Notes: a model not told the origin generated them from the letters alone. 52,998 nt of DNA from Deltaproteobacteria bacterium (GCA_016208225.1 JACQYM010000061.1:1-52998); one strand, 5' to 3'; counted from the first letter of the stretch, positions 15,956-25,064 are shown. Program-made: numbers and translations.

Positions 15956-16085
15956 GTCTTTGTCTGCTATGAATGGATTGCCGATGGTCGGGGTCGAGCT
16001 TGCAGCTTGCAACAGAGAAAAATTATTGGTAAGAATACCACAAAATGCAATTATGGCATACAATGAAAAAATGTGACCGATTCAG

Positions 16086-17369
16086 ATGGCAGCTTCCAAG
16101 GAGAAAAAAGTGATTCAATTGTCCATCGATGAGTCAATCAAACGGCTCAAGGTAGAAATTATTGCGCAGGACTGGGGGCTGAGCGAGAAGAGGATTGACC
16201 TGCTGGAGGCGGCTTTTGCCTGCCTGAAACAGCGGTTCAAAAACCGCAAGGCGGCGCATGCCATCCTGATCATGGCCGGCAGCGTGCTCGATTATGTGAA
16301 GAGAAAGGGGGAAAGCACCCCTTCCGAATCCATTGATTTTCTCAAGGAGGCAATGGCCCACATCGTCAATCTGTACGAGGCGGACGAGTTTGATCCCGAA
16401 AAGGATGAAAAACTTTTCAAGGGGCTCTATTTCCGCTTCAATTCCCTCAAGGAGAAGATCAAGGCGGGCAGCGTCCCGGTGGCGGCCGCGGAGCTGCCAG
16501 GCGGCCCAGCCAACATCGGCGCAGGGGGCGGCAGGTCTGTGCCGGAAGATGACTTTGAAGAGGACGCGTTGATCCCGGAAAATATCGATCAGCTGCGCAA
16601 AAAGGTCCTTAATTTCCGGGAAAACGAGTTTGACCTCGACCGCTCCGAGGTTGACCGGCTGGTGCATGATCTGCAGGCTTCCCTGGAAAGGGCCGAATAT
16701 GTGGGAGAAACAATCCGCCAGTTGCTGGCCGAGCTGATGCGGGTCAGGGAAAAAAGCAGAGCGGAAGAAAGCCGTGAAGAAGAGCGAGGCCCGGCAAGAG
16801 AACAAACCGGGCCGGAAAACCCTCCTGAAAGAGAAAGGGTTGCCCCGGCCGGCGAGGGTGAGGAGAATTCGGTAAAGAATTGTCCGGCCACTGAGCTGCG
16901 GGGTGTTTCCCTGGCAGGTTCGCAGGTTTTCATCCAGGAAAACGCCATTTCCATGATTCGGCAGGTGGCCAAGGAAAAGCAGCAGGGATATTTGAAAAAC
17001 AGCTATGTGCCGCTGAAGGATTTCGGTACCTTTTTCAAACGGTTGTCAAGACAGTTCAAGGGCTCGCTGGCAAACATTCCTGACAAGAAACTGAAAAAAC
17101 TTACCCTGCCGATCATGGTTCCCACCGGTCTTATGCTGGAAGATATCCCGGATGAAAATGGGCTGCATATGGTTTTTGTGGCCAATGGGCAGTGGAACGG
17201 GGTGATCGCCTGCTCTGAGGTGGCCAAGGATACCGTGACCATGGTAAAGTTTAAAAGCGCCAAAAATGGGGATTTTGTCGGTTTCGGTTATGCCGACGAC
17301 GGCCGGGAACTGCCGCTGCTGAATGTCGTCTCGATTTTGCGCCGGGAAGGATTTCTGACAATGGTATAA
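16086..17369 (+). CDS. Hypothetical protein with acidic low-complexity centre; C-terminal ~150 aa possibly CheW-like
   Basis: 427 aa, no motif I can name with confidence. The C-terminal segment (ELRGVSLAGSQVFIQENAI...ELPLLNVVSILRREG) is only vaguely reminiscent of CheW-like domains. Confidence 0.6.
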   Translation: MAASKEKKVIQLSIDESIKRLKVEIIAQDWGLSEKRIDLLEAAFACLKQRFKNRKAAHAILIMAGSVLDYVKRKGESTPSESIDFLKEAMAHIVNLYEADEFDPEKDEKLFKGLYFRFNSLKEKIKAGSVPVAAAELPGGPANIGAGGGRSVPEDDFEEDALIPENIDQLRKKVLNFRENEFDLDRSEVDRLVHDLQASLERAEYVGETIRQLLAELMRVREKSRAEESREEERGPAREQTGPENPPERERVAPAGEGEENSVKNCPATELRGVSLAGSQVFIQENAISMIRQVAKEKQQGYLKNSYVPLKDFGTFFKRLSRQFKGSLANIPDKKLKKLTLPIMVPTGLMLEDIPDENGLHMVFVANGQWNGVIACSEVAKDTVTMVKFKSAKNGDFVGFGYADDGRELPLLNVVSILRREGFLTMV

Positions 17370-17505
17370 TTTTGGTAACTACTCGATGGTCTGACGAGGT
17401 TTCGTGCCTCAGCAAACGGGAAATTCCCTCTGCGGCCCCTTTGGCCATCCGGGCGTTTTTCCAGACTTTTTACGGGACCATCATTTTTACACGGGGGGCA
17501 ACATC

Positions 17506-17892
17506 ATGACACATGAGGAGAGGCGCAAGAATACCCGGGTACTTTTTCATACAACCGCCTCTGTCTGTTTTGGCGGCGAGGTTTGTGAACAGCTCACGAT
17601 CAGAAATCTGAGCCTGAAAGGCATGTATATTGACGGCATCACCAATCACAGTGCCGGGGAGCGGTGTGAGATCCAGCTTTTTTTGTCCGGCGCCGGCAGT
17701 GAACTGAAACTCTCCATGAAGGGCGAGGTGGTCCGGGTCGATGTTGGCGGCATGGTGGTGCATTTCAATGAACTTGATATTGATACGTTCTTTCACCTGA
17801 AAAATATTATTTATTATAATGCCGCGGACCCGGACAAACTGGTGGATGACCTGCTGGTGGCCACCTCACCTGACGGATCTTTTGTCGAGTAG
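17506..17892 (+). CDS. PilZ domain protein (c-di-GMP receptor candidate)
   Basis: RRKNTR (RxxxR) followed by NLSLKGMYIDG (D/NxSxxG). 128 aa counted from ATG 17506. Confidence 0.75.
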   Translation: MTHEERRKNTRVLFHTTASVCFGGEVCEQLTIRNLSLKGMYIDGITNHSAGERCEIQLFLSGAGSELKLSMKGEVVRVDVGGMVVHFNELDIDTFFHLKNIIYYNAADPDKLVDDLLVATSPDGSFVE

Positions 17893-17908
17893 CGGCGAGG
17901 AGTCTGGC

Positions 17909-18205
17909 ATGGCGCTGTTGCAGCTTACCATCATTCCGCTCGGCACGGGAACCCCGAGCGTCGGCGAGTATGTTGCCGATATCCAACGGGCCCTGGAAAA
18001 AGAAAATGTCCCTTTCCGGTTGAACGATATGGGCACCGTCATCGAAGGCGAGGTCGGACAGCTGCTCGCCCTTGTGGCGAAAATCTACGAGCTTCCGTTC
18101 CAGAGGGGAGCGCAGCGCGTGGTGACCCAGATGGTTATCGATGACCGGCGGGACAGGCATGTTGCCATCGGCGACAAGATTGAGGCGGTGCACGCCAGGA
18201 TGTGA
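17909..18205 (+). CDS. MTH1187/YkoF (DUF77) family protein
   Basis: MALLQLTIIPLGTGTPSVGEYVADIQRALEKENVPFRLNDMGTVIEGEVGQLLALV... is the typical DUF77 pattern. RBS GGCGAGGAG lies upstream of ATG 17909. Confidence 0.75.
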   Translation: MALLQLTIIPLGTGTPSVGEYVADIQRALEKENVPFRLNDMGTVIEGEVGQLLALVAKIYELPFQRGAQRVVTQMVIDDRRDRHVAIGDKIEAVHARM

Positions 18206-18360
18206 ATCGGGCCGGACCGCGCCCGCGCCTGACAGGGCTTGTGGGTGGCTCACCCTGCCCGGCCACGTGCGGCGCCTGCCGCAATGACACTTCATGAAGC
18301 AGCAACCCCGTAATCGCCTGCCGTGTCCGAACCTGAAACAACACTGGAGACGTCCCTTTT

Positions 18361-18516
18361 ATGGTAATGAAAAAAAAGAAGCCGATACAGAAACTTCCCT
18401 TTGTTGTCCTGCTCTTTTTCCTCCTGCTCTTTCTGGCCGGGGTGATGAGCGGCGAGCCTTCCCGGGTTCTTGAACAGTCATGGCAGATCTGCCTGAGCTG
18501 CATCGGGATCGGCTGA
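18361..18516 (+). CDS. Small membrane protein with C-terminal CxxC motif (CD1871A-like); not in ORF track
   Basis: 51 aa: MVMKKKKPIQKLPFVVLLFFLLLFLAGVMSGEPSRVLEQSWQICLSCIGIG. Its stop at 18514-18516 is 1 nt before the ATG of the following 4Fe-4S membrane protein. Confidence 0.5.
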   Translation: MVMKKKKPIQKLPFVVLLFFLLLFLAGVMSGEPSRVLEQSWQICLSCIGIG

Positions 18517-18517
18517 C

Positions 18518-19414
18518 ATGGAACTGGGAAGAAAATGGGTGCAGCTGGTTATCGCCTTTCTGACCAACGGCTACTGGGGATTTCCGGCGACCCGGACCAT
18601 TTACCAGGGCCCGCTCAAGGTGGTCTGCGCGCCGGGGCTCAACTGTTATTCCTGCCCGGCCGCCACCACCTATTGTCCCATGGGCGCTCTGCAGCAGCTG
18701 ATGCTCAGCATCCGCTTCAACCTGGAAAACGGCCAGTATTTCCTTGGCTGGTATGTCCTGGGGTGTATCGGGGTGGTGGGCGCCTTTCTCGGCCGGCTTG
18801 TCTGCGGCTGGGCCTGCCCTTTCGGGTTTATCCAGGAGCTGCTGTATAAAATCCCCACCCGTAAATTTTTGGTGCCGCGGCCCCTGCGTTTTGTCAAATA
18901 CGGCATGCTCTTTTTTCTGGTCATCCTGCTGCCCCTGGTGGTGGTCAATGAATTCGGCATGGGCATCACATGGTATTGCAAGTATATCTGTCCGGCAGGC
19001 ACCCTGGAGGCCGGACTGCCCTTGCTCTGGCTGCAGCCGGAGCTCAGGCAGACCGTCGGGCTTCTTTTTTACAACAAGCTGGCCCTCTTGGTTTTTTTTC
19101 TTTCCTGGGCGGTGGTGGCGAGCCGGCCGTTCTGCCGGGTTGCCTGTCCCCTCGGGGCCTTTTACGGGCTGTTCAGCCGGGCCAGACTGGTGAAACTGCA
19201 GCTTGATCCCGCGAAATGCACCAACTGCAAGGCGTGTCATTATGTGTGCCCCATGGGGGTGAAATTTAATGAATCGCCGGAGGATGCGGAATGTATCACC
19301 TGTCTTGCCTGCATGGAGAGGGCCTGCAAATTTGACGCGATAAGCCTGACCGTGGGGGGCATCCCTTTACGGGCCGGCGAGGTACGGAAAATCGTGGTGG
19401 AGAAAACAGAGTAG
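18518..19414 (+). CDS. NapH/MauN-like integral membrane 4Fe-4S (polyferredoxin) protein
   Basis: CYSCPAATTYCPMG, CGWACPFGFIQELL, CKYICPAGTLEAG, CRVACPLGAFYGL, plus the ferredoxin motifs CTNCKACHYVCP and CITCLACMERAC. Confidence 0.85.
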   Translation: MELGRKWVQLVIAFLTNGYWGFPATRTIYQGPLKVVCAPGLNCYSCPAATTYCPMGALQQLMLSIRFNLENGQYFLGWYVLGCIGVVGAFLGRLVCGWACPFGFIQELLYKIPTRKFLVPRPLRFVKYGMLFFLVILLPLVVVNEFGMGITWYCKYICPAGTLEAGLPLLWLQPELRQTVGLLFYNKLALLVFFLSWAVVASRPFCRVACPLGAFYGLFSRARLVKLQLDPAKCTNCKACHYVCPMGVKFNESPEDAECITCLACMERACKFDAISLTVGGIPLRAGEVRKIVVEKTE

Positions 19415-19491
19415 GACGCTGAGGATTGGCAAGGAAACGGTTTGGGCCGGCTGTCGTTTTCGTCAAGCAGGGCGGGGTAGGGCGGTCCCCT

Positions 19492-19917
19492 TCAGGGGGG
19501 TGGTTCCTTTCGCCATGTGATATGCGATTGATTCTTGAATGAGAGCGTGCCGCCGTTGCCCGGCTCATAGGTCAGGGAAAAGCGGTAGGGGCTGTTCTCC
19601 AGGTCCCGGCATTCAATGGTGAAAACTATCTGTTTCCCGTCCGCGGAAGCGGAAGTTGCGGTCTTGTCGATAAAATATTCGTTCACGGTTGATTCGCTGG
19701 TGGCAAAGAGCAGCGATACGTTATTGATTTCCAGATATCGGTCCTCGTAACCGGGAGCGGAGGTGAGCCATCTGCCGATCAGATAGTCGGGAATTTCTTC
19801 CCTGGTCATATCCTTTCTGGCCGCCCAGAAAATAACAAATCCGATGCAGACGGCGATCCCGGCGAGCACCAGCGGGGTTCTGTCCGGTTTTTTTACGATT
19901 TTCTTTTTTTTTCTCAT
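19492..19917 (-). CDS. Hypothetical membrane-anchored protein
   Basis: 141 aa. Lys-rich N-terminus, then one TM helix (LVLAGIAVCIGFVIFWAA). No recognisable motif. Confidence 0.55.
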   Translation of the reverse strand: MRKKKKIVKKPDRTPLVLAGIAVCIGFVIFWAARKDMTREEIPDYLIGRWLTSAPGYEDRYLEINNVSLLFATSESTVNEYFIDKTATSASADGKQIVFTIECRDLENSPYRFSLTYEPGNGGTLSFKNQSHITWRKEPPP

Positions 19918-19944
19918 ATCCGCCTCCTCTTTTCCCGCCGCCGG

Positions 19945-21951
19945 TTACATGCGGATCGTGCTGGTGGCCAGGGTGCCGAGGAATGCTTCCACCACATCCG
20001 GATCAAACTGACGGCCCGCCTCGTTTTTCAGCAGATCCACCACCTTGTCCTCAATCCACCCCTGCCGGTACGGCCGGCTTGAGATCAGGGCATCATACAC
20101 ATCGGCAACGGCGAGAATGCGGGCACTGATGTCGATTGCCGTGCCGGCGAGGCCCAGCGGATAGCCTTTGCCGTCATATCGTTCATGGTGCTGGAGGACC
20201 ATGGGGATGATATCGGCATAGGCGTTGATCGGTTCGAGAATCTTGGCGCCGATGGCGGAATGGTCCTTGACCTTGGCATACTCCTCTTCGGTCAGTTTAT
20301 CCGGTTTGTCGAGGATGGCCAGCGGCACGCCGATCTTGCCGATATCGTGCAGCAGTCCTCCCCGGTAGAGCGTTTGCACCTGTTTGTCATCCCATCCCAT
20401 GGTTGTCGCGATTTTAACGGCCATTTCCGCCACCCGTTCCGAATGGCCGGAGGTCCAGGATGATTTCGCATCAACGGTGCGGGCCAGGGCCTCAATGGTG
20501 CCCAGGGTAAGATGCTCCATGTCCTCGATGAGCCGGGCGTTGGACAGGGCCACGGCCAGCTGGTCGGCGAGGTGGCGGGCCTGCAGCAGCTGTTCCTCGG
20601 CAAGCGGCCGCTGTCCGGTGGTGCCCAGGGTCACAAAACCGGCCAGCCTGCTTTTCAGAAATACCGGCAGGAGATGGAAGGTGTCCATGCCCTTGTCGGT
20701 AAAGGCTGCCAGGTGGGCCGGGGTTGTTTCCGGTCTGTCGCACAACAGAGATTGGCTGGTGCCGGCCAGCAGCCGGGCCTCATCCCCGGAGATTTTGATG
20801 GTCTCCATGGCCGGTTTTTCCTGCTGGTGTTTTTGCAGGGAAAAAAGCTGGGCGGTATTTTCCTGCAGCGGGTTGATCAGGCTGAAAGCGACGAGGTCGC
20901 AGTCGAACAGATCGTGCATGTGGGTAAGGGCGGTGTTGATGATTTCGAGTTCCTCAAACTCATCCCCGCTGTTCACCGTCACCCGGCTGAGGAAATCATG
21001 CCTGGCCACGCGCCGGGTCCCTTCGGTCAAGACCTCCACGGGCGCCAGGGTGCGTCTGATATAGATCAGGCTGAGAAGCAGCACGATCCACAGGGAGAGG
21101 AGCACCACCAGCGGGAAAATCTTTTTGAAATGGGCAAGGGGGGCAAGGACTTCGGTTTTAGACTGTCCGAGCACAATCATCCAGGGCTGGGAGAAAAATT
21201 TTGATTTGAGGAAGATGGACCAGTAGCTGGCCAGATATGTTGCGTTGTTGCGCTGGTATTCAAACTGACGGGATACTTCCCCATCCTGCCGGAAGGCCAC
21301 CATGTGGGCCATATTTTCCGGGACCGGATGGGAGCTGACCAGTATTCTTTTGGTCATGTCCAGGACAAAAAGTTCGGTCTGGGAGGGCAGGAAATTCTCA
21401 AAGCCGATGCCCCATACATACGAAGGGATGATCTCGCCGTACAGCAGCTGTTGTTCCTCCGTGCCTGCCTGAAACGGTTTGATGATGAAGAGGCGCGCCG
21501 GCTGATCGGCCTGGGGCTGGGCGACGATGACGGTCTTGCCTTTAACGAGATTCTCCTTTTCAATCGGGACAAGCTCGGGGGGATCAACTATCCGGTCGCC
21601 GAGAATGGGGGTAAAGCCCGCACCGGCGCTGAACCGGCTGATGGCCTTAAAGCGCTGCTTGAGCCGCTCCCCGAAATGGTCGGATGCATTGCTTTGCAAT
21701 CCCGCGATCCGGGCATGGGCGGTCAGCACCTCCAGGTCGGTATCAAGCAGCAGGAGCCGTTCGTACACGGACATGCCATAGGCTTTGGTCTCTTCCTGCA
21801 GCCGTTTGTGACTTTGGAGCGCAAGCTGACGGGTGACCTGATTAAAGGAAAGGATGGTCAAAGCAATCATGGGCAGCAGCGCACAGCAGATAAACAACAG
21901 GAAAAAACGGCGTGCGACTTTGCTGCGAAGAAAACCAGAGGTAAAATTCAT
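19945..21951 (-). CDS. Membrane sensor HD-GYP phosphodiesterase (periplasmic sensor, HAMP, GAF, HD-GYP)
   Basis: Two TM segments flank a ~260 aa extracytoplasmic region, followed by a HAMP-like segment. The C-terminus reads HSERVAEMAVKIA...GGLLHDIGKIGVP...HHERYDGKGYPLGL, the HD-GYP signature. Confidence 0.9.
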   Translation of the reverse strand: MNFTSGFLRSKVARRFFLLFICCALLPMIALTILSFNQVTRQLALQSHKRLQEETKAYGMSVYERLLLLDTDLEVLTAHARIAGLQSNASDHFGERLKQRFKAISRFSAGAGFTPILGDRIVDPPELVPIEKENLVKGKTVIVAQPQADQPARLFIIKPFQAGTEEQQLLYGEIIPSYVWGIGFENFLPSQTELFVLDMTKRILVSSHPVPENMAHMVAFRQDGEVSRQFEYQRNNATYLASYWSIFLKSKFFSQPWMIVLGQSKTEVLAPLAHFKKIFPLVVLLSLWIVLLLSLIYIRRTLAPVEVLTEGTRRVARHDFLSRVTVNSGDEFEELEIINTALTHMHDLFDCDLVAFSLINPLQENTAQLFSLQKHQQEKPAMETIKISGDEARLLAGTSQSLLCDRPETTPAHLAAFTDKGMDTFHLLPVFLKSRLAGFVTLGTTGQRPLAEEQLLQARHLADQLAVALSNARLIEDMEHLTLGTIEALARTVDAKSSWTSGHSERVAEMAVKIATTMGWDDKQVQTLYRGGLLHDIGKIGVPLAILDKPDKLTEEEYAKVKDHSAIGAKILEPINAYADIIPMVLQHHERYDGKGYPLGLAGTAIDISARILAVADVYDALISSRPYRQGWIEDKVVDLLKNEAGRQFDPDVVEAFLGTLATSTIRM

Positions 21952-22036
21952 TTTTCTATCTCCTGATGCGCTATGCTGAAAACTCCCTCAACTTTTTCCC
22001 GCTGAGCTAATTATTGATGGATCCGTAAAACTGAAA

Positions 22037-22124
22037 ATTAACCACAGAGAGCACAGAGCCCACAGAGATAACTAATTGTAATTAAAAACATTTTATCTGT
22101 GACCTCTGTGGACTCCGTGGTGAA
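22037..22124 (+). repeat. MITE-like palindromic repeat, copy 1 (CACAGAG family)
   Basis: AATTAACCACAGAGAGCACAGAGCCCACAGAGATAAC...TTATCTGTGACCTCTGTGGACTCCGTGGTGAAAA is internally self-complementary. About 80% identical to the reverse complement of 24272-24356. Confidence 0.75.
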
Positions 22125-22145
22125 AATAGACTTTTTACGAATTCA

Positions 22146-22673
22146 TCAATAATTTGCAACAAGCCCTAAATACTGACCGTCATTGGCGCGGACAATGTCG
22201 TCCCGGCTGTTTTTAGCGGTAAACGGGGATGCGGTTTTGCCGTCTTTGCCCATGCTGTAAAGATCAAAATCCGAGTTGACCGGCACCATGAAGTGATCCT
22301 TGCGCAACTTGCCCGGCGGGGTTCCCTCCACCGGCAGATATCGATACGGATTGCCCCAGGGGTCCTGCAGCTTGTCCAGGCCGATCTCGGCCAGATTTTG
22401 CGGAAACCGGCCATATGTGCCCTGAAAAATGGTGATTTCCTTTTCCAGCAGGCGGATTTCACTGTAAACCCGCTGCAGCTGCACCCGTTCTATGTAGCTG
22501 TGAAACATCGGCGTGGCGATGGCGGCCAGGGTTCCCATGATGGCACAGGCGATCATCAACTCAATAAGGGTAAAACCGGCGGTCAGGATTCCGGACTTAC
22601 AGCCCGGCCACAAGGCTGCAGGGCCTTTGCGGTGCAGACGTTTCAGGAGGGAGATGAGGGGGATAAACATCAT
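22146..22673 (-). CDS. GspG-like pseudopilin / type IV pilin-like protein with prepilin N-terminal methylation motif
   Basis: G/FTLIELMIACAIMGTLAAIATP follows a ~32 aa leader. DPWGNPYRY is the motif I associate with GspG-type pseudopilins. Confidence 0.75.
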   Translation of the reverse strand: MMFIPLISLLKRLHRKGPAALWPGCKSGILTAGFTLIELMIACAIMGTLAAIATPMFHSYIERVQLQRVYSEIRLLEKEITIFQGTYGRFPQNLAEIGLDKLQDPWGNPYRYLPVEGTPPGKLRKDHFMVPVNSDFDLYSMGKDGKTASPFTAKNSRDDIVRANDGQYLGLVANY

Positions 22674-22915
22674 ACATTTGTATTATATGTACTGGACATT
22701 GCAAAAGCTGGGGTGCAACGAACATATGTTAAATACTAGCAAAGTTGCGGGGCGAATGCAATCGGTCAATAGAGAGGGGAGCGATAAAAGAAAGGAACAG
22801 CGAAACTCGTTGCCGGACTGTTCATCATGGGTGCCGCCGCAGTCCGGGCAGAGCGGCTGCGAGGTGTAACAGAAATGTGGACAAAAAAGAATGCGTCGGG
22901 CCCCGGAAGGCGGGG

Positions 22916-23308
22916 TCAGCCGTCGTGATCGCTCTGCGGCCACGGCACGAACCAGATGGCGGCGACGACCAGCAGATCCAGGGTCCCGTGAAAGGCAATG
23001 TACTGCCAGGGCCTGGCCGGTTGCAGGCTTTTACCGATCGCCTCCATTCCCGCCGGGAGCATGTCCAGGAGAGCGGTGCGGAGTTCGCCGAGGCGGAGAA
23101 TCGCATCGAGATTCGAGTAGGCAAAGATAACGAACGCCACCGTCAGGAAGACTTGCAACGACCTGCTCCGCGTGAATCCCTTGCCCGAGGACATGACGCC
23201 AACCAGGCCGGTTGCGACGGCGATGTACAGATTCCAGTAACCGTTTATCGCGGACGCCCTGTCTATCGCCAATCCCAGAATGTCTTTCGTCTCCATCACC
23301 ATGCCCAC
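22916..23308 (-). CDS. Hypothetical membrane protein
   Basis: 130 aa with 3-4 hydrophobic helices. No recognised motif. Confidence 0.5.
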   Translation of the reverse strand: MGMVMETKDILGLAIDRASAINGYWNLYIAVATGLVGVMSSGKGFTRSRSLQVFLTVAFVIFAYSNLDAILRLGELRTALLDMLPAGMEAIGKSLQPARPWQYIAFHGTLDLLVVAAIWFVPWPQSDHDG

Positions 23309-23369
23309 TCTCCTGGTGAACTTTCAGAAATGCCCTTGCGGCAGCGTGCCAGCCATTAATGGAACCGCA

Positions 23370-23786
23370 TTATTTCTTTACGGTCAGAGGGGTATCCCGC
23401 GCCCCGGCATAGAAAACTACTATCTCGGCGGGGCCATTCCCGGTGTTCCTGCCGTGGTGCCATTTATTGACAACCTCCACGATCGGATCGCCGGCTTTGA
23501 GAAGGAGCGTTCGATCATCTTCGGTTATGACGGTCAGCTCGCCACTGAGTAAAACACCGGCATTGATCACCGGATGCTTATGCAGCGGCAAAGCTGCTCC
23601 AGCCGGAATCGTTATGCGCAGAATTGTTATTTCAGGCATCTCCTGTGGGTATGCCGGCAGGGTGCTGCCGTCCCAGCTTGATCCCGTCCTCGCCAATTCC
23701 GCCACGGTGACGCCTGGGTGATCGTCAGCGTGCCCGGTGGTTGCCAGCAATAATACCAGCCAGAGAATGCAGAGTATTTTTTTCAT
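23370..23786 (-). CDS. Secreted cupin-domain protein
   Basis: Signal peptide MKKILCILWLVLLLATTGHA. Cupin-like core: GAALPLHKHPVINAGVLLSGELTV...WHHGRNTG. Confidence 0.7.
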   Translation of the reverse strand: MKKILCILWLVLLLATTGHADDHPGVTVAELARTGSSWDGSTLPAYPQEMPEITILRITIPAGAALPLHKHPVINAGVLLSGELTVITEDDRTLLLKAGDPIVEVVNKWHHGRNTGNGPAEIVVFYAGARDTPLTVKK

Positions 23787-23864
23787 TGTATTTCCCTGTT
23801 CCTGTGCCGCAACGAACGCTTGCCCCAGCCGCGCCCGGCTGTTTCCCTTGGCTGTTGCGGCCCT

Positions 23865-24236
23865 TTACGATGGTGTCTGCTGCCTGGACCGTGAAAGCAG
23901 ATAGTCGCGCAGGACGACTGCCTGGTTGCATTCGCCATCACGAGCTGAAAATAAAAGGGTCAGGCGGCCTTTTGCCGCTGCCTCAAGGAGCTGCGCCACG
24001 GCCTCGGGTTGGGCATCAAGCTCAACCCAGAAACGGCGCCTGAATTCCTCCCACTTTGATCGGTCGTGGCCAAACCATTGCCGCAAGGCCGTGCTCGGGG
24101 CAATGCTCTTCAACCATAAGTCGGCCCGTACCTGCTCTTTCGTCATGCCGCGCGGCCATACCCGATCGACAAGCACCCGAAAACCATCGGCCGCATCGGC
24201 CTGCTCGTATACCCTCTTTGTTCGAATATCGGTCAT
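23865..24236 (-). CDS. DUF488 (YeaO-like) family protein
   Basis: IRTKRVYEQADAADGFRVLVDRVWPRGMTKEQVRADLWLKSIAPSTALRQWFGHDRSKWEEFRRRF is the DUF488 pattern. ATG at 24236. Confidence 0.8.
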   Translation of the reverse strand: MTDIRTKRVYEQADAADGFRVLVDRVWPRGMTKEQVRADLWLKSIAPSTALRQWFGHDRSKWEEFRRRFWVELDAQPEAVAQLLEAAAKGRLTLLFSARDGECNQAVVLRDYLLSRSRQQTPS

Positions 24237-24271
24237 ATCCCAGCAGCCCACGTTTGATTATCAGTTTGTCT

Positions 24272-24356
24272 TTTTACCGCGGAACCCGCGAGATCACAGA
24301 GATCATTTTCATTACAGTTTGTTATCTCTGCGGGCTCTGTGCTCTCCGTGGTTAAT
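24272..24356 (-). repeat. MITE-like palindromic repeat, copy 2 (inverted relative to copy 1)
   Basis: The reverse complement reads AATTAACCACGGAGAGCACAGAGCCCGCAGAGATAACAAACTGTAATGAAAATGATCTCTGTGATCTCGCGGGTTCCGCGGTAAAA. About 41 of the first 45 nt are identical to copy 1. Confidence 0.75.
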
Positions 24357-24366
24357 TGTGACGAGT

Positions 24367-24972
24367 TCATCGTATTTGCCCTGGCGGGAAATATGCGTTC
24401 ACCGTTTGGCTGACTTCCTGCAGCCACGTTTTTCTTTGCGCTGCAGAGCTCATGACCATGATGCTGAACATTTTCCGGTAGAAGTCATGGATGCCGCATA
24501 AGGCGAAAATGCAATTTTTCCAGATGGTTTCAAGGGGATCACCGAATATGTTCTTCTCCCGTTCACTCCCGGTGTTCGAGGTATTGAAAACAAGGGCTGA
24601 TCTTGCCTTCAGCAAACCATGTGGCACACCCTCGCCTGCATCACCGGCAAGAAACTCATAGGCTACTCCCGGGCGAATCACCCTGTCAACCCATCCCTTT
24701 AAAATTGCCGGGGGCTGACCCCACCAGTTCGGGTGAATGACAATAATCCCGCCCGCTTCCGCGATCTCGGCGCAGTATTTTTCAATTGCCGGCGGCAGAG
24801 GGGCATCTTTCGGAATTTCTGCCGCCACCAATATCGGGTCAAACTTTTCTGCATAGAGGTCGTGAAAATCGACCCCGTAGCCGTTTTGCTGCAACGTGTT
24901 GATTGCCGCAGCCGCAATGGCGTGGTTAAAGCTCCCTTTGTCAGGGTGGGCAAGGATGACGGATATTCTCAT
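24367..24972 (-). CDS. Flavodoxin-like fold NAD(P)H-dependent oxidoreductase (NQO/azoreductase type)
   Basis: MRISVILAHPDKGSFNHAIA...IVIHPNWWGQPPAILKGWVDRV. ATG at 24972. Confidence 0.8.
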   Translation of the reverse strand: MRISVILAHPDKGSFNHAIAAAAINTLQQNGYGVDFHDLYAEKFDPILVAAEIPKDAPLPPAIEKYCAEIAEAGGIIVIHPNWWGQPPAILKGWVDRVIRPGVAYEFLAGDAGEGVPHGLLKARSALVFNTSNTGSEREKNIFGDPLETIWKNCIFALCGIHDFYRKMFSIMVMSSAAQRKTWLQEVSQTVNAYFPPGQIR

Positions 24973-25064
24973 TTCGGTCTTGTTTCCTCCGTACTTCACA
25001 TATAGCGGTTCGGGACGCCGGCAGGGCGAATGCGGCGCGCCCGGTGACCATTGGGCCGCGGCCA

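Noticed and set aside
22700-22720. Sigma-54 promoter upstream of the pseudopilin gene (minus strand TTGCACCCCAGCTTTTGCA)
   Set aside because: The -24 element lacks the GG dinucleotide, and the spacing to TTGC is 8 nt rather than 5.
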